This document shows, piece by piece, positions 31,818 through 44,754 of a stretch of 64,000 nt of DNA; position 1 is the first letter of the stretch, and each line of letters starts with the position of its first letter. Source of the stretch: Octopus sinensis (lineage: Eukaryota); NCBI RefSeq assembly GCF_006345805.1, contig NC_043000.1, positions 87,482,001 to 87,546,000 of the forward strand, given 5' to 3'. Position numbers and translations under genes: made by a program. The notes beneath the pieces were generated by a model that was given only the letters and a program-made list of their open reading frames with translations, had not been told where the DNA came from and ran no database searches.

Positions 31818-32224
31818 TTTACTCTTTTACTTGTTTCAGTTATTTGACTGCGACCATGCTGGAGCACCGCCTTTAGTCGAGCAAATCGACTTCAGAACTT
31901 ATTCTTTAGAAACCTAGTACTTATTCTATCGGTCACTTTTGCCGAACCGCTAAGTTACGGGGACGTAAACACACCACCATCGGTTGTCAAGCGATGTTGG
32001 AGGGACAAACACAGACACACAAACATACACACACACATACATATATACATACATATATACGACGAGCTTCTTTCAGTTTCTGTCTACCAAATCCACTCAC
32101 AAGGCTTTGGTCGGCCCGAGACTATAGCAGAAGACACTTGCCCAAGGTGCCACGCAGTGAGAATGAACCCGGAACCATGTGGTTGGTAAGCAAGCTACTT
32201 ACCACACAGCCACTCCTGCGCCTA
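31818..32224 (-). mobile_element. SINE S2 (CORE-like), full length, with internal (TA/TG)n tract
   Basis: Minus strand: TGGCTGTGTGGTAAG A-box, GGTTCATTCTC B-box-like, GGCACCTTGGGCAAGTGTCTT CORE-like segment, internal microsatellite, then 3' domain. Confidence 0.85.
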
Positions 32225-32274
32225 TAATTACTATTCTTCTTCTTCTTCTTCTTCTTCTTCTCTTCTTCTTCTTC

Positions 32275-32357
<83 letters not shown>

Positions 32358-32359
<2 letters not shown>

Positions 32360-32545
32360 GGCAGCAGTCTTGAAGAATCATGAGCACCTAGGAGAAAATG
32401 CTTAGCAGTATTTTCTCCGGCTCTGTAGGTGTTCTGAATTCAAATGCCGCAAAGGTTAAATTTACTTTTCATCCTTTCGAGATCGATAAAATAAAATACT
32501 AGCCAAGTACTGATGAATTCCTTCCCTGATAATTGGAGGTCTTGA
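32358..32545 (+). mobile_element. SINE S1, degenerate
   Basis: Head follows (TTA)n; TTTCATCCTTTCGAGATCGATAAAAT core. Confidence 0.7.
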
Positions 32546-32569
32546 ACCAAAATTTAAGACAATTATATC

Positions 32570-32664
32570 ATGCAAAATATAACTGCAGAATTTTTGGAGA
32601 TGATTAACTAGCTATCAGCTATATTATTTCTAGCTGCCAAAAAAAAACGAATGTTTGAGTGTTA

Positions 32665-32727
<63 letters not shown>

Positions 32728-33110
32728 CGTGCGCGTGCGTGTGTGTGTGCGTGCGTGTGTGTTTGCGCGCGCATGTTGAATTGAGGCTATGGGAAACTCA
32801 GGCAGTTATGATTGCTTTTCCAAAGGAGAAAGAGAAATGTCTTCTAATAGATATATCACTTCCACAAAAGGTGTTATATCGTTGCATCAAAATGAATAAC
32901 TTGTCGAAAGATAAATATCTGGAGACAGAGATAACCAAAATATAATGATTAAAAGCAAAAACAAACTCTAATAAATGTCTCGAGAATCTAAAAAATAAGG
33001 AATCTTATAAATAAATACATTTCTCCAAGAGGAAGACTTTTACATATCTACAACATACAAATGATAGTAGCTGTACGTACTGTGCACAGATAAATTAGAA
33101 CGCTTTCATC
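32570..33110 (+). mobile_element. Degenerate R4/Dong 3' fragment interrupted by (GT)n
   Basis: CRIFGD..IISSCQK, KEKCLLIDISLP, LSKDKYLETEITKI. Confidence 0.55.
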
Positions 33111-35250
33111 ACAATAGGGAAACACAAAAACAAATCTAAACTCGTAGTCTATCCAAAGTATACAGAACTTTATGCGGTTGTGCTGTCATCTCACGCGTTA
33201 AGAAAAAAGAGCAATGAAATACCTACATATTAACACTCTACGGTTAAATGCGTGGCGTTGTTACGTTATTAGTTGAAGAGGAAGGCAAAGAGAAACAAAG
33301 AGGAGAATGGTTAGCGGTAATAGCTTGGAGAAATGGATGGTTACTTATTGATGTGAAAATAAAATAAATAGCTAACCAATGTCAAGGTAGAAGAGGTTAC
33401 AATTGCATAACAATACATATAGTTTTCTTTTACAACTGCGCATTTAGTTCTATCTATGTGGACTTTATAACATCTCAGCATAGGAAAAACCACAATTTCA
33501 AAATAGTGTATTTCCTGATACATTTAAAACTTCCAACAATCTCAGTGTTTTTTTTTTAAATAACCGTATCAAGATTTGTTAAAACTTTTCCAATAAACTC
33601 AATCAGAGTAATATTATAGATAACGCCTTCGATTTTGTTCCTTAGATAAGATTGTTTTCTTCTTGACATAAAATTAAAAAAATAATAATAATAACTGGGA
33701 AGACCTAAGAATATAACTTTCAGAGATGTTATTTCTTGGAATTTACCTTCTATACCACCATCTCAAGAACCAAATGCTACTGCAACTACATAAAATTCCA
33801 TCTTACAATTTAAAAATAACCCTGGAATTTCCACTAGGACGACTAATTAATAAATAGTTTTTTTCTTTATTCCCCACAAGGACACGACAAAATTATTTTA
33901 CCAAAACAATGAATGGTGGGTATTATTGCAAAATTGCTTATTTCAAAAGAAAAAAACATCAGGCAACGAAAGACAGCAGTATAAAACATCTGTTAAGGGC
34001 TTGTCAAAGGATTCTACACTTCCAGGATTATACTTACCACAAAAGAAAATAGACCACAGCGCATGTGTGAGTAGGATAGCAACTGTCGCCTATCTTTTGT
34101 AAAATTTACAGGAGGAGAGCACGCTCTCTGCACCTCACATTTCTCTTTACATTAATGGGAGTTTGACCGCGGTGCAAACTATCTAGTCTCATGTTTTTCA
34201 ATCAAGCCCACCATGTAACATTTCGCTTTAGACACCAGAAAATTATCTCTCTGTCGAAGGAATAAGGTTGGCAATTGTAAAGAAAGATTCGACTGGCAAC
34301 CAGAACCGTCCAACATGAAACAGCGGATATTCGACTGCACAAGTCAGTCAGGTTCGGACAGAGAAGTGTGCAGAATTGTTTCGTCACTCTATGTTCAGAT
34401 GTTCAGGACTGCCTGTAAAGTGTATGACTGCTAAATTATGCCGTCAGGTAACAATGTAGTGCCAAAAACTTCTGGAAGTTGTCCAAAAGGAAAGCGGGCT
34501 CGAGCCGTTTCGCATCTCTTGGATTTATAGCTTCATCTCTGAACATACTGTCATGGTGTCTGTTGACAGAACTATCTGTTCCCCATTTTATGAAGTCAAG
34601 TATGCCAGAAGGTTTGATCTTGTGCACCTCCTCTTCCTTCAGTACATCAATGATCGATTTGCTATCACGTCCACGAACACGCATACTTAAGATACTACTC
34701 TCCATTCTTCTCTAATCTCTCGAAAACATCATCATGTATGCTACAAACCCATTATGGAATGCAATACATGGCGTGCCACTAGTTGTACTGCCTGACTACG
34801 AGCTCCTGAAACACACTACCTTATTGCACGATCCATACAAGTTCCATCGACGCTAATATTTAAATGAATAATACATTTTTGCGGCTACGTTTGTGACTTT
34901 CATTGTTACTAGTATTGATGTTACACCTGCTACTGTTGGAATTGCTACTGCTGTTTTTTTTTTGCCAAGCTTTCTAATAGTCGTGGCGCTTATAGTGTGT
35001 TTGAGGGTGATAAGGGTGTTGAATATTGAACATAAACTTCAGTTACCAATTTTTTCTATTAATGTCGCTGTTACTGCATTCAACAACACTGACACCTGTT
35101 GTTGATATTATTGGTGTTTGCTGTTGTTGCTGTTCGGAATCCCACCACCACCGTCACATAACAGTTGCGTTTCTGAAGGGAATGTGCTCAGGCTGTATAG
35201 ATCCGATTCTGGGTCCAAACCTTTAAGTAGCTTAGGATATATATATATAT

Positions 35251-35348
<98 letters not shown>

Positions 35349-35381
35349 TATATATATATATATATATCTGTAAATGTAATA

Positions 35382-35455
35382 TGGCCGGATAACTGAAGAG
35401 ATGGCGGCGTGGATTTCCACCTCGGCATCTGAAACTCGGAGTTTTATCATGGCTA
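35382..35455 (+). ncRNA. Type I hammerhead-ribozyme-like motif in a short element next to (TA)n
   Basis: Stem I GATAA/TTATC (extended by TGGCC/GGCTA), core CTGAAGA at 35393-35399, stem II GATG..CATC, GAAAC at 35431-35435, short stem III, predicted GUU cleavage after 35443. One extra T before GAAA. Confidence 0.6.
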
Positions 35456-36670
35456 CCGAATAATTATCACATATTACATTTAGAGATAAATTCTTCTATT
35501 TACATAATATCGAGGTCTCTTTCTTTCTTTTGTTGCCTTACCATTTTTATTAATATATATCAATGTGACCGGAGTCAGCCGCTCGAAAATTTCTGTTTCT
35601 GTCTATGAAAATTACCCTCTATGTATGTAAGATGAAGTTGAAGTTCAAAGGAACATCAATTTAAACAATTGATGGAAAACAATGCAAGTATCTGAAAACA
35701 ATGACACACAATGCGACTATTTGGAATCTAGGAGCAAAATACAGCTATTTTCCATCAACAAATATAGAACGAATGTTAAATTGAGAGATTAGTTGGAAGA
35801 GGAGGAAGGAGCTACGACAAAATTGTGAATAATATCTGAAAATATATTCATAAATTTTCCCATAAGACAAATTAATTTACGGGCCAATAGGTGCTATGAT
35901 TTAATAATATCGACGTGGACTACGGAACAACTCAGTAATAGCTTAAAGAGAAGTCTAAGGGTTTTAATCACTTTATGGGATCCAAATTATCCACTCTAGA
36001 TATTTTTATTATTTGAGCGACAAATAATAAAGCAGAAAGTAAAATATTGAGAAATAATGGAAGTTAGGAAGAGATTGTCAGACACTTCTTTTTAGATGTA
36101 ATGTCTTGCAAAATTAGAGCATGGAAAAAAATCAATAGAAAATATATTGATTAACGGAATATATGGAAAATATATTGATTAGCGGAAATCTTTTGACAAT
36201 GTTACCCACATATGGATTTCGTAAACAATAACGTTGGGTAAGCTAGTACAATTATATGCAGATAAATCAAACATGCCAATAGCAAGTCGGAAACTCATGT
36301 ACACATGAAAATAAAAGAAGAAATTCAGAACAAAACCAATATGTATTAATGGATATTTCTTTTCTCAATCTACTGCTTTGTAATACCAGCTTTCTTTTAT
36401 CAGCGTGTTAAACTTAACTGAATGTGAAGGTATGTTCAGTGCGGTTGGACAATTGACCATTTTCTAAATATGAATGTCCAGAACGTTAGCAATTTTATAT
36501 CAAAACAAACTGAAAATCTTACTGAAAAAGTCTTACGGACTGTGGGTAAATTAGCATAAAAATAAAGGAAGAAACGAGCTAGACCTATTAAAGAAAGGAA
36601 AGCTCGATACAAAAATACAATTCCTTAATAACGTGCGATAAACGGAAATAAAATAATCAGAAAGAAGGCA

Positions 36671-36733
<63 letters not shown>

Positions 36734-37100
36734 GACAATCAAACACACATATAAATGTGTATGTGTGTGTGTGTATGCATGTCTGATAAGCATATCTGTT
36801 GATTCTTTATAACATGTGTCAAATTACAGAACTCAATACGTAAAAAGTAGACTGTTCTTTAATACATTGCAACTGAAAATGAAAGGCTCCATATCGTCAG
36901 TACTCCCGCGCTTTCATGTAAATGGTGATCAGATTTCTGTTTTTACTCGAATTTTCCGATAGTTCAATGGGGAAAAATGTAACTTCGAGCAGTTGCATGA
37001 AAATCGAATCTTGAGACAAACTCCAGTTTCAGTGTGTGTATGTGTGTGTGTCTGTGTGTGTATGTGTGTGTGTGTGTGAGTGTATATATATATATATATA

Positions 37101-37370
37101 TACAAGGTGCGATGGGTAAATTGTCGCAATTTTATATTTTTAATTTCGAGCATGCACATTGTTTGTTTTTTATTTTGTCAACTGCATAGTATAGTAGGGA
37201 CAGTTGGACACTGTCTGTGAGCAAAACAGTACTATGATTTCCAGAGATTTTGGAAACGACATGCTGTACTACTTGGCATTCGCGCCAGAAGCTCCATTTT
37301 CAGAGTGTTTGGGTGTCAGTCTGAGGACAGTGCATTCTAAAGACATGTACCGAGAGTGATAAATATCCCA
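37101..37370 (+). mobile_element. Possible Tc1/mariner 5' end (TIR-like TA-CAAGGTGCGATGGG)
   Basis: Starts at a TA after (TA)n with a mariner-like TIR start; no partner TIR found. Confidence 0.35.
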
Positions 37371-38846
37371 CCAGTTTGCCATCACTCATTCCTTCCTTAT
37401 TCATCTATCACCCTTCCTTTCTCATTGTTATGTAGTGACGGGGAAAAACACAAGAATACTATTCTAGTAGATAGAAACTAAAATTAGCCGTCATAGTGTA
37501 TATATATATATTGAGATTGAACACAGAATTACTGGTTACAGAGCGGAGCTTTTAGCCCTACACCCATGCCAGTAACTTCATTATTGATGTAATTTTTAAA
37601 AAATACCATCCGTAGTTCACATGAACAATAAATTCAACCTATTCTTGTGAACTTTTCTCTCATCTGAAAATAAAGATGGAATTAAGATTTGTTAAAGTTT
37701 TATCAATAGAACCAACCAGTGCCAAAATAACATTATTGAAAGATCATATCTGCGATTTTGTTTCATTGTTAAATTTGTTTAAATCTTACGTGACACGAAA
37801 AATAATAGTTAACGACAATTGGTGTTTTGAATTTTATTGCATTGAGAATATACTACGTATGAGTGCGTTCCCAATATGTTATTTTCTGTATGTTACATAT
37901 ATTCGTATGTTATGAGGTTTGGTTATGTATTATGTTTTTGACCGTTCCCATTTGATCTAGTTATACATTTATATAACTGGAATATAATTTTCAGAGGTGT
38001 TCCCTCATAAGATTGCGCATTCATTTCTACGCGAAGTTCCACGAGAACTTCAAACCTTCACAACGATAAAATATTTACTAAAAAATAAAATTTCGAAGAC
38101 CCTTCTATATTTGACAGTCTTCTAGGAATTTTCAACCATGTTACAGTTTTCAAAAATAATTGAAATTGCTGTGGATACTGATAGTGAAATATTAACGCTG
38201 ATAAAATGCTTTCCCGAGAACAAGAAAACACTTCTTGTGAAAGGGCTTTTAGTGGCCTCAAAATGAATAAATAAAAAAAGAAAATCATTATATATTTCAA
38301 TATCTCAATACTTGAAAATATTTAACACTAAAATGTATTAGCATGTCAGGTACACATATTTTGGTATGTATGGCTAAGCTTCTATTTTGTCGAGTTACAA
38401 ATGTTTAAGTATACCTTCAATAACACGCACATAAATACATGTGCACACACATATTAGTGTGTATATGTATGTATGTACCTGTGTATGTATGCATGTATGC
38501 ATGCATGTGTGTGTATATATACATATGTACATATATATATTTATACGCATACACACGCGTACACACATTTATGTATATAATATATATACTGGTATACATA
38601 CATATGTACGTACGTACGTAAGTACGTACGCATGTACATGGCTATCAAGTTGAAATCTAAATTGTCATAAAATGTTTTTCTATATTCTTAGATTCTTAGA
38701 ATAAAACTTGAATATACATAGATAGATATACGAACATATTTACATGCATATAGAAATAAATACTTATATATATATATATAGGGAGAGTTTACGAAAAAAA
38801 CAAACAGATGTATTAGTATAACGCTCTCTCTCCCTCTCTCTCTCTT

Positions 38847-38880
<34 letters not shown>

Positions 38881-39152
38881 AACACAATTACACTAATAAA
38901 ATGCATTAAATATGTATAGATAATGTACTATCTGGTTAACCGCAAGGGGTCGCTCTATAAATATGACGTATGTAATTGCTACTTATTTAATGGACACCAA
39001 ATTTATAAGAAAGTTTTTTGCTACAAATTGCAGATTAAATTTCACATGCACACTCATACACACGCACAAACACAGCACACACATACACACACACACCCAC
39101 ACACACCCACAAACATACATAAACACTCACATACAAATACACACATTTACAG

Positions 39153-39306
39153 ATATAGCCGAGTGGTAAGTAGCTTGCTTACCAATCAAATGGTTCCGGG
39201 TTCAGTCCCACTGCGTGGCACCTTGGGCAAGTGTCTTCTGCTATAGCCTGGGGCCGACCAAAGCCTTTTGAGTAGATTTGGTAGTCGGAAACTGAAAGAA
39301 GCCCGT
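39153..39306 (+). mobile_element. SINE S2, 5' half
   Basis: TAGCCGAGTGGTAAG..GGTTCAGTCCC..GGCACCTTGGGCAAG..GAAAGAAGCCCG, then (TA)n. Confidence 0.85.
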
Positions 39307-39326
39307 GTATATATATATATATATAT

Positions 39327-40016
39327 ATGACTTTACACATCACATCACATATGATGTGCCATACTAATACACACACCAACTAATACATACTAATACGTAC
39401 TAATACATACTAGTACATACTAATACTTACACCAACCCTATACATACACACGTCCAGACCCCGATAAGCACTTATACTCTCTCACACACACACACACACA
39501 CCTATACATACCAATACGTACTAATACATACTAATACATACTAATACATACACCAACCCATACATACGCACGTCCAGACCAATCTTACGCACTAATACTC
39601 TCTCAACACACACACACACACACACACCCTTATACATACTAATACATACACCAACCCTATACATACACACATCCAGACCCCTCCCACGCACTTTAGCTGG
39701 TCCCTCAACCCGTTTATCAACCCTATTATCTCCCCTTATTTCGCTCTCGCGTCTCATGTTTGATCTTTGACCTCTGGCCGAAATCAGATCGCCATGTTGA
39801 TTCGTTAGCTACTGCACGCATTTTTTTTCTCTCCTTCTTTCTGTGTTTTTCTCTCTCTGTGTTTTTCTCTCTCTGTGTATCTTTCTGTTGAAGAGCGTAG
39901 GCTCGAAACGTTAAAGACTTGTTTTATTTATATTTCCTGAGCGCCATACTAATACAATTGTTCGTTTGTTTTCCACCTGCCTTCGTCTTTTGTTATTTTC
40001 ATAAAGCTTCCCGTTA
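39327..40016 (+). repeat. Penelope pseudo-LTR, upstream direct repeat
   Basis: Near-identical to 43842-44508; internal CATACTAATA units and ~110-bp subrepeats. Confidence 0.9.
39880..39917 (+). ncRNA. Minimal type I hammerhead-like motif (core variant CUGUUGA)
   Basis: TCTTT-CTGTTGA-A-GAGC(GTAG)GCTC-GAAAC-GTT-AAAGA; stem I TCTTT/AAAGA; palindromic ACGT stem III. Confidence 0.7.
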
Positions 40017-40633
40017 TATATTATGCGCTCACGTGGTCTCACTTTCATCTATTTCTTACCAATACCACTATCAACACTTACCTCTACTTGGATTTTCTTT
40101 ACCTCTTGGATACTTACCATTGGCTGCACCTCTCTTTCGCGGATCAAAGTGACTTTGCATTGATGTGAAATCCTTAAAAATATACCACGACGTCTACACA
40201 TTTCTCACCTTGAACTTTCAACCTTGAACTTGTTCGCATAAACTGTCCCGTTTGTTGTATTTTTATTTTCTCTTATATTACCACTTTTTTTACATTCATT
40301 TCATGCTTCCACATTTTCCTGAATTTTTGTTCTCCTTTCCGTCTTTCTTCCCTCTCTGGATGTCCATACTCCGTTTCCTCTGCCTGCACCCCCCTTTTTT
40401 TGCCTCCCCCTTCTCTGCTTCCCTTCTTTCTTTCCCTTTTCCGTTTGCCAGTCTTTTCTGCCCCTATCGCTTACTTATCTAGTTTTTTCATACGATTATT
40501 ATTTTTTTGTTTTTTTGAACGTTTGTTTTTACCCCTTTTTTCGCTATCCCTTTTTTTCTATTTTTTTCATACGATAATTTTTGTTTTTTGTTTTTTTTTG
40601 TTTTTTCGAACGTTTTTTTTCCGCTATCCCATC

Positions 40634-43500
40634 ATGCCGGATCCTAGGTCCTACCTCCTCACCCTCCATCACCCTTTGAAGGATCATCTACGTTCGCTTC
40701 CTGTATATTGCCTTCAGCCCTCCGTTAATCTCGCTCTACTTCTTTTTAAAAAAACCCGCTTCTCTAGCCATGTCTCTTTCCTAAGCCGCTGCCTACATCA
40801 CCGACTCATCCCTAAAGGTTTCCGCCTCCACTTCCACCCTGCTCTCCACTCGGATTCTTCCATCTTACCCATACTCCGCACCACATCTTACCGCCTTATG
40901 CGGGCCACCATTCGCTCCAATCTCTCCAAACTACATGCCATCAACCGCCTTCTTTTCTCCTGCTTTCTCCACCTTCTTCTCCTCTCTGCCGCTCTCTATG
41001 CTCCAAACACGCTACGCTTCATTATCCATTTGAATCAACTCTTCCATCAATTTCTTTCTGATACCAAACTTCGTAAACTCCAATCACTTTCCGTTCCACC
41101 CTACCCGACGCCACTACCCCAACTCCTCCACCACCCTTCTCCCCTCCCGATAGGCTCCATCCACCCACACCTAACCCCACTGCCCCTCCCTACAACCCCT
41201 TCTCCCCTCCCGTTAGGCTCCATCCACCTACACCTAACCCTACTGCCCCGCCCAACCACCCCCCCCCCCCTCGCCAATCCCTCCCCCTCAGACCTCCACG
41301 AGACCTACCACCCCCCCTACTTCTATTCCACCCACCCCTTCTTCCACTTCCGTCTGTTGTTACCATTCCCCCCGATCTTCCCCTCTCTGCGGCTGAACGC
41401 TCCGTCCTTGGTAGGGGTCTGCGTTTCATCCCCCTCACTCCATCCTGTAAGGAATTCCAGACGCGAGTTGATGTCCACAGCTTTGTGCGCCGTGTCCGGT
41501 TGGGTGCGCATTACCACGACTCGCCACCCACACCCCACGAAGAGGACGACTGCTTTACTGGCCTGGGCCGCCGACCATCCCCGTGGACGCCTGCCCCTGG
41601 CCAGATCCTAGCAGTGGATCTTTTCGCGGGCGCTTGTCAGCGTGCATTGGAGCGGTTCAACTTCTCCAGGCGCCAACGCCGCCTCAACATCTCCCCGGCT
41701 GAGCTCTTGGCTCTTCGTTCCCTCCAACGGCGCGCTGACATTATCATCAAACCGGCTGACAAGGGTGGAGCTGTAGTGGTGTGGCGCGCGGACCTCTATA
41801 GGGCCGAGGCTTTCCGCCAACTCAATGACACCTCCTTCTATTCCCCTCTGCCCTCTAACCCCACACGTAGCTACCAACAGACGGTATCCTCTACTGTCCA
41901 AGACCTCATCTCGTCCTCCCGTCTCCCCCGCACCGCATCCAACCTAATTGTGCGAACCCCACGCCCCCACCATTTACTTCCTCCCCAAATCCACAAACCA
42001 ACAACCCTGGCCGCCCCATCGTCTCGCCTGTAACTGCACCACGGAGCTCATCTCTAAATACCTCAACCGTGTCCTTGCCCCCTAGTGGCATCTCTTCCCT
42101 CCCACATCCACGATACCAACCATGCTCTCCGGCTTTTCAACTCTTTCTCTTTCCTCCCGGCTCCTCCAAAATCCTTTTTACTATGGACATCCAAAGCCTC
42201 TATACTTTATCCCTCACCACAAGGACTGCAGGCCCTTCGACACTTTCTTGACCTCCGCTCTAACCCTGTACCTGACCCTCCACACTCATTCGTCTGGCCG
42301 AACTTGTCCTTACTCTGAACTGCTTCTCGTTCGCGGGCGAGTTCTACCATCAGGTCTCGGGAGTGGCCATGGGAACGCGAATGGCCCCAACTATGCGAAC
42401 CTGTTCGTTGGCTATGTTGAGGCCCAAATATTCTCTAATTTCACTGGTCCCACTCCTGAACTATATGGTCGTTATATTGACGACATTATCGGTGCCACCT
42501 CACTCTCCCGCGAACATCTAGATTCCTTCCTCTCTTTCGTCCAATCTTTCCATCCAGCTCTCCACTTCACTTCCACTATCTCCAACACCTCTGTCTCCTT
42601 ACTCGACATTTCGGTTAGCATTCTTCACTCCACTCTTACCACCTCCATTCACTACAAACACACAGACTAACACTCATACCTCAACTTCTCTTCCTCCCAC
42701 CCAGAACACACCAAGCTTTCCATCCCCTATTACCAATTCCTCCGTCTACGTAGGCTCTGTAGTGACGACCATGACTTTGAGACTCAGTCTCAACGTATGG
42801 CTCACCACTTCACCCTACGTGGATACCCCCTCACCACTATCCACACCGCCCTTGCCAGAGCACGGTCCGTGGACCGTGTATCTGCTCTCTCTCCCCGAAC
42901 CCGCCCTGTAGTCTCCCGCCTCCCTTTTCCCCTCACTTACCACCCCACGACCCTACGTCTCCAACGCACCATTCTTCGAGCTTTCCGTCATCTCCAGTCC
43001 GACCCGTCCACTTCACACCTCTTCCCTAACCGACCCCTCCCCTCTTTCAAACGAGCCCACAACCTTCGAGACCTTTTGGTCCATAGCTCCTTCCCTGACC
43101 CTACCTCCCCACCCGGCTCGTTCCCCTGCTCCCGCCCACGTTGCCGCACTTGCCCTTACCTCTCCAACACCACCCGCCTCACTAGCACCCACCATCGACC
43201 CTATCCCATCATCCACTCCTTCACCTGCACCTCCAGCAATATTATCTATTGCATCTCTTGCTCTCTCTGCAATTCCTTGTACATCGGACAAACGGGACGC
43301 CGCTTGGCTGACCGGTCCGCGGAACACCTTCGTGACATCCACCTTGCGAACGACACAACGGTCTCACGCCATTTCCGCTCCACCGGTCACTCCTTGCAAC
43401 ACCTATCTGTGTTCGGTTTGTCCTTACACAGAGGCCATCCGGATTCCCGTTGCGCCGTGAACAGGAATTAATCTTCTCTCTTCGCTCTTATACGCCATTT
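40634..43500 (+). mobile_element. Penelope-like element ORF (Neptune-like): RT + Cys-rich linker + GIY-YIG endonuclease, frameshifted
   Basis: FLSRC..LIPKGFRL; IIKPADKGGAVVVW; TMDIQSLY; GVAMGT; NYANLFVGYVE; GRYIDDI; YKHTD; FPCSRPRCRTCPY; IYCISC..C..LYIGQTGR.L.DR..EH. Confidence 0.92.
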
Positions 43501-43841
43501 GGTCTCAACTCCCCCCCTCCTCATCTAAAACCCCCTCTCCCCCCTCCTCACCTATCCTTTCCCCCCCGACCCCTACTTCTTCAGTCCTTCATCCTTTCAC
43601 CCCTACTCCCCTTCCTTCTTCCCTCTTTCTCCCTCCCTCTTCCCCTTCCCTCTGCTCCCTCACTCCCTCTCTCCCCTTCTCTCTCTCCCCCTCTCCCTCT
43701 TTCCTCCTTCATCCCCCTCCTCACCTTCCTTCTCCCCCATCGTCTCCTCTTCCCCCTTCTCCTCCCCCTCTTCTTCCCTCTCCTTCTCTCCCCTTCTCTC
43801 CCCCTCTTCTCCCCCTCCCCCTCTTCTCCTCACTACACCAC

Positions 43842-44508
43842 ATGACTTTACACATCACATCACATGTGATGTGCCATACTAATACACACACCAACTAATA
43901 CATACTAATACGTACTAATACATACTAGTACATACTAATACTTACACCAACCCTATACATACACACGTCCAGACCCCGATAAGCACTTATACTCTCTCAC
44001 ACACACACACACACACCTATACATACCAATACGTACTAATACATACTAATACATACTAATACATACACCAACCCCATACATACGCACGTCCAGACCAATC
44101 TTACGCACTAATACTCTCTCATACACACACACACCCTTATACATACTAATACATACACCAACCCTATACATACACACATCCAGACCCCTCCCACGCATTT
44201 TAGCTGGTCCCTCAACCCGTTTATCAACCCTATTATCTCCCCTTATTTCGCTCTCGCGTCTCATGTTTGATCTTTGACCTCTGGCCGAAATCAGATCGCC
44301 ATGTTGATTCGTTAGCTACTGCACGCATTTTTTTCTCTCCTTCTTTCTGTGTTTTTCTCTCTCTGTGTTATCTTTCTGTTGAAGAGCGTAGGCTCGAAAC
44401 GTTAAAGACTTGTTTTATTTATATTTCCTGAGCGCCATACTAATACAATTGTTCGTTTGTTTTCCACCTGCCTTCGTCTTTTGTTTATTTTCATAAAGCT
44501 TCCCGTTA
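43842..44508 (+). repeat. Penelope pseudo-LTR, downstream direct repeat
   Basis: Near-identical to 39327-40016; follows a C/T-rich tract and is followed by (TA)n. Confidence 0.9.
44371..44408 (+). ncRNA. Minimal type I hammerhead-like motif, second pseudo-LTR copy
   Basis: Same sequence as 39880-39917. Confidence 0.7.
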
Positions 44509-44532
44509 TTATATATATATATATATATATAT

Positions 44533-44738
44533 GAGACCGCATGTGTACCGTTGGCGATTTTTTCCCCTCCGTCATCCCTTCTTTGGATCTTTCCTTTCCT
44601 ATATTTCTGACGAAGAGCTCCGCTCGAAACGCTAAACCCTCCTTCTTTCCTTCTTTCTTGAGCGTCCAATAATACTATGCTTGTTCCACGTCCTCGCGTT
44701 GTTGTGTCTTCTCTTTGTATTTTCATGTTTGGATTAAC
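44533..44738 (+). mobile_element. Short pseudo-LTR-like element of a second family, with hammerhead core at 44607-44633
   Basis: CTGACGA-A-GAGC(TCC)GCTC-GAAAC-GCT-AAA. Downstream GAGCGTCCAATAATAC resembles the pseudo-LTR's GAGCGCCATACTAATAC; (TA)n on both sides. Confidence 0.65.
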
Positions 44739-44754
44739 TATATATATATATGTA

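Noticed and set aside
40400-40633. Hydrophobic F/L-rich N-terminal extension of the 403-aa ORF
   Set aside because: Translation of a T-rich 5'UTR; the plausible start is the ATG at 40634.
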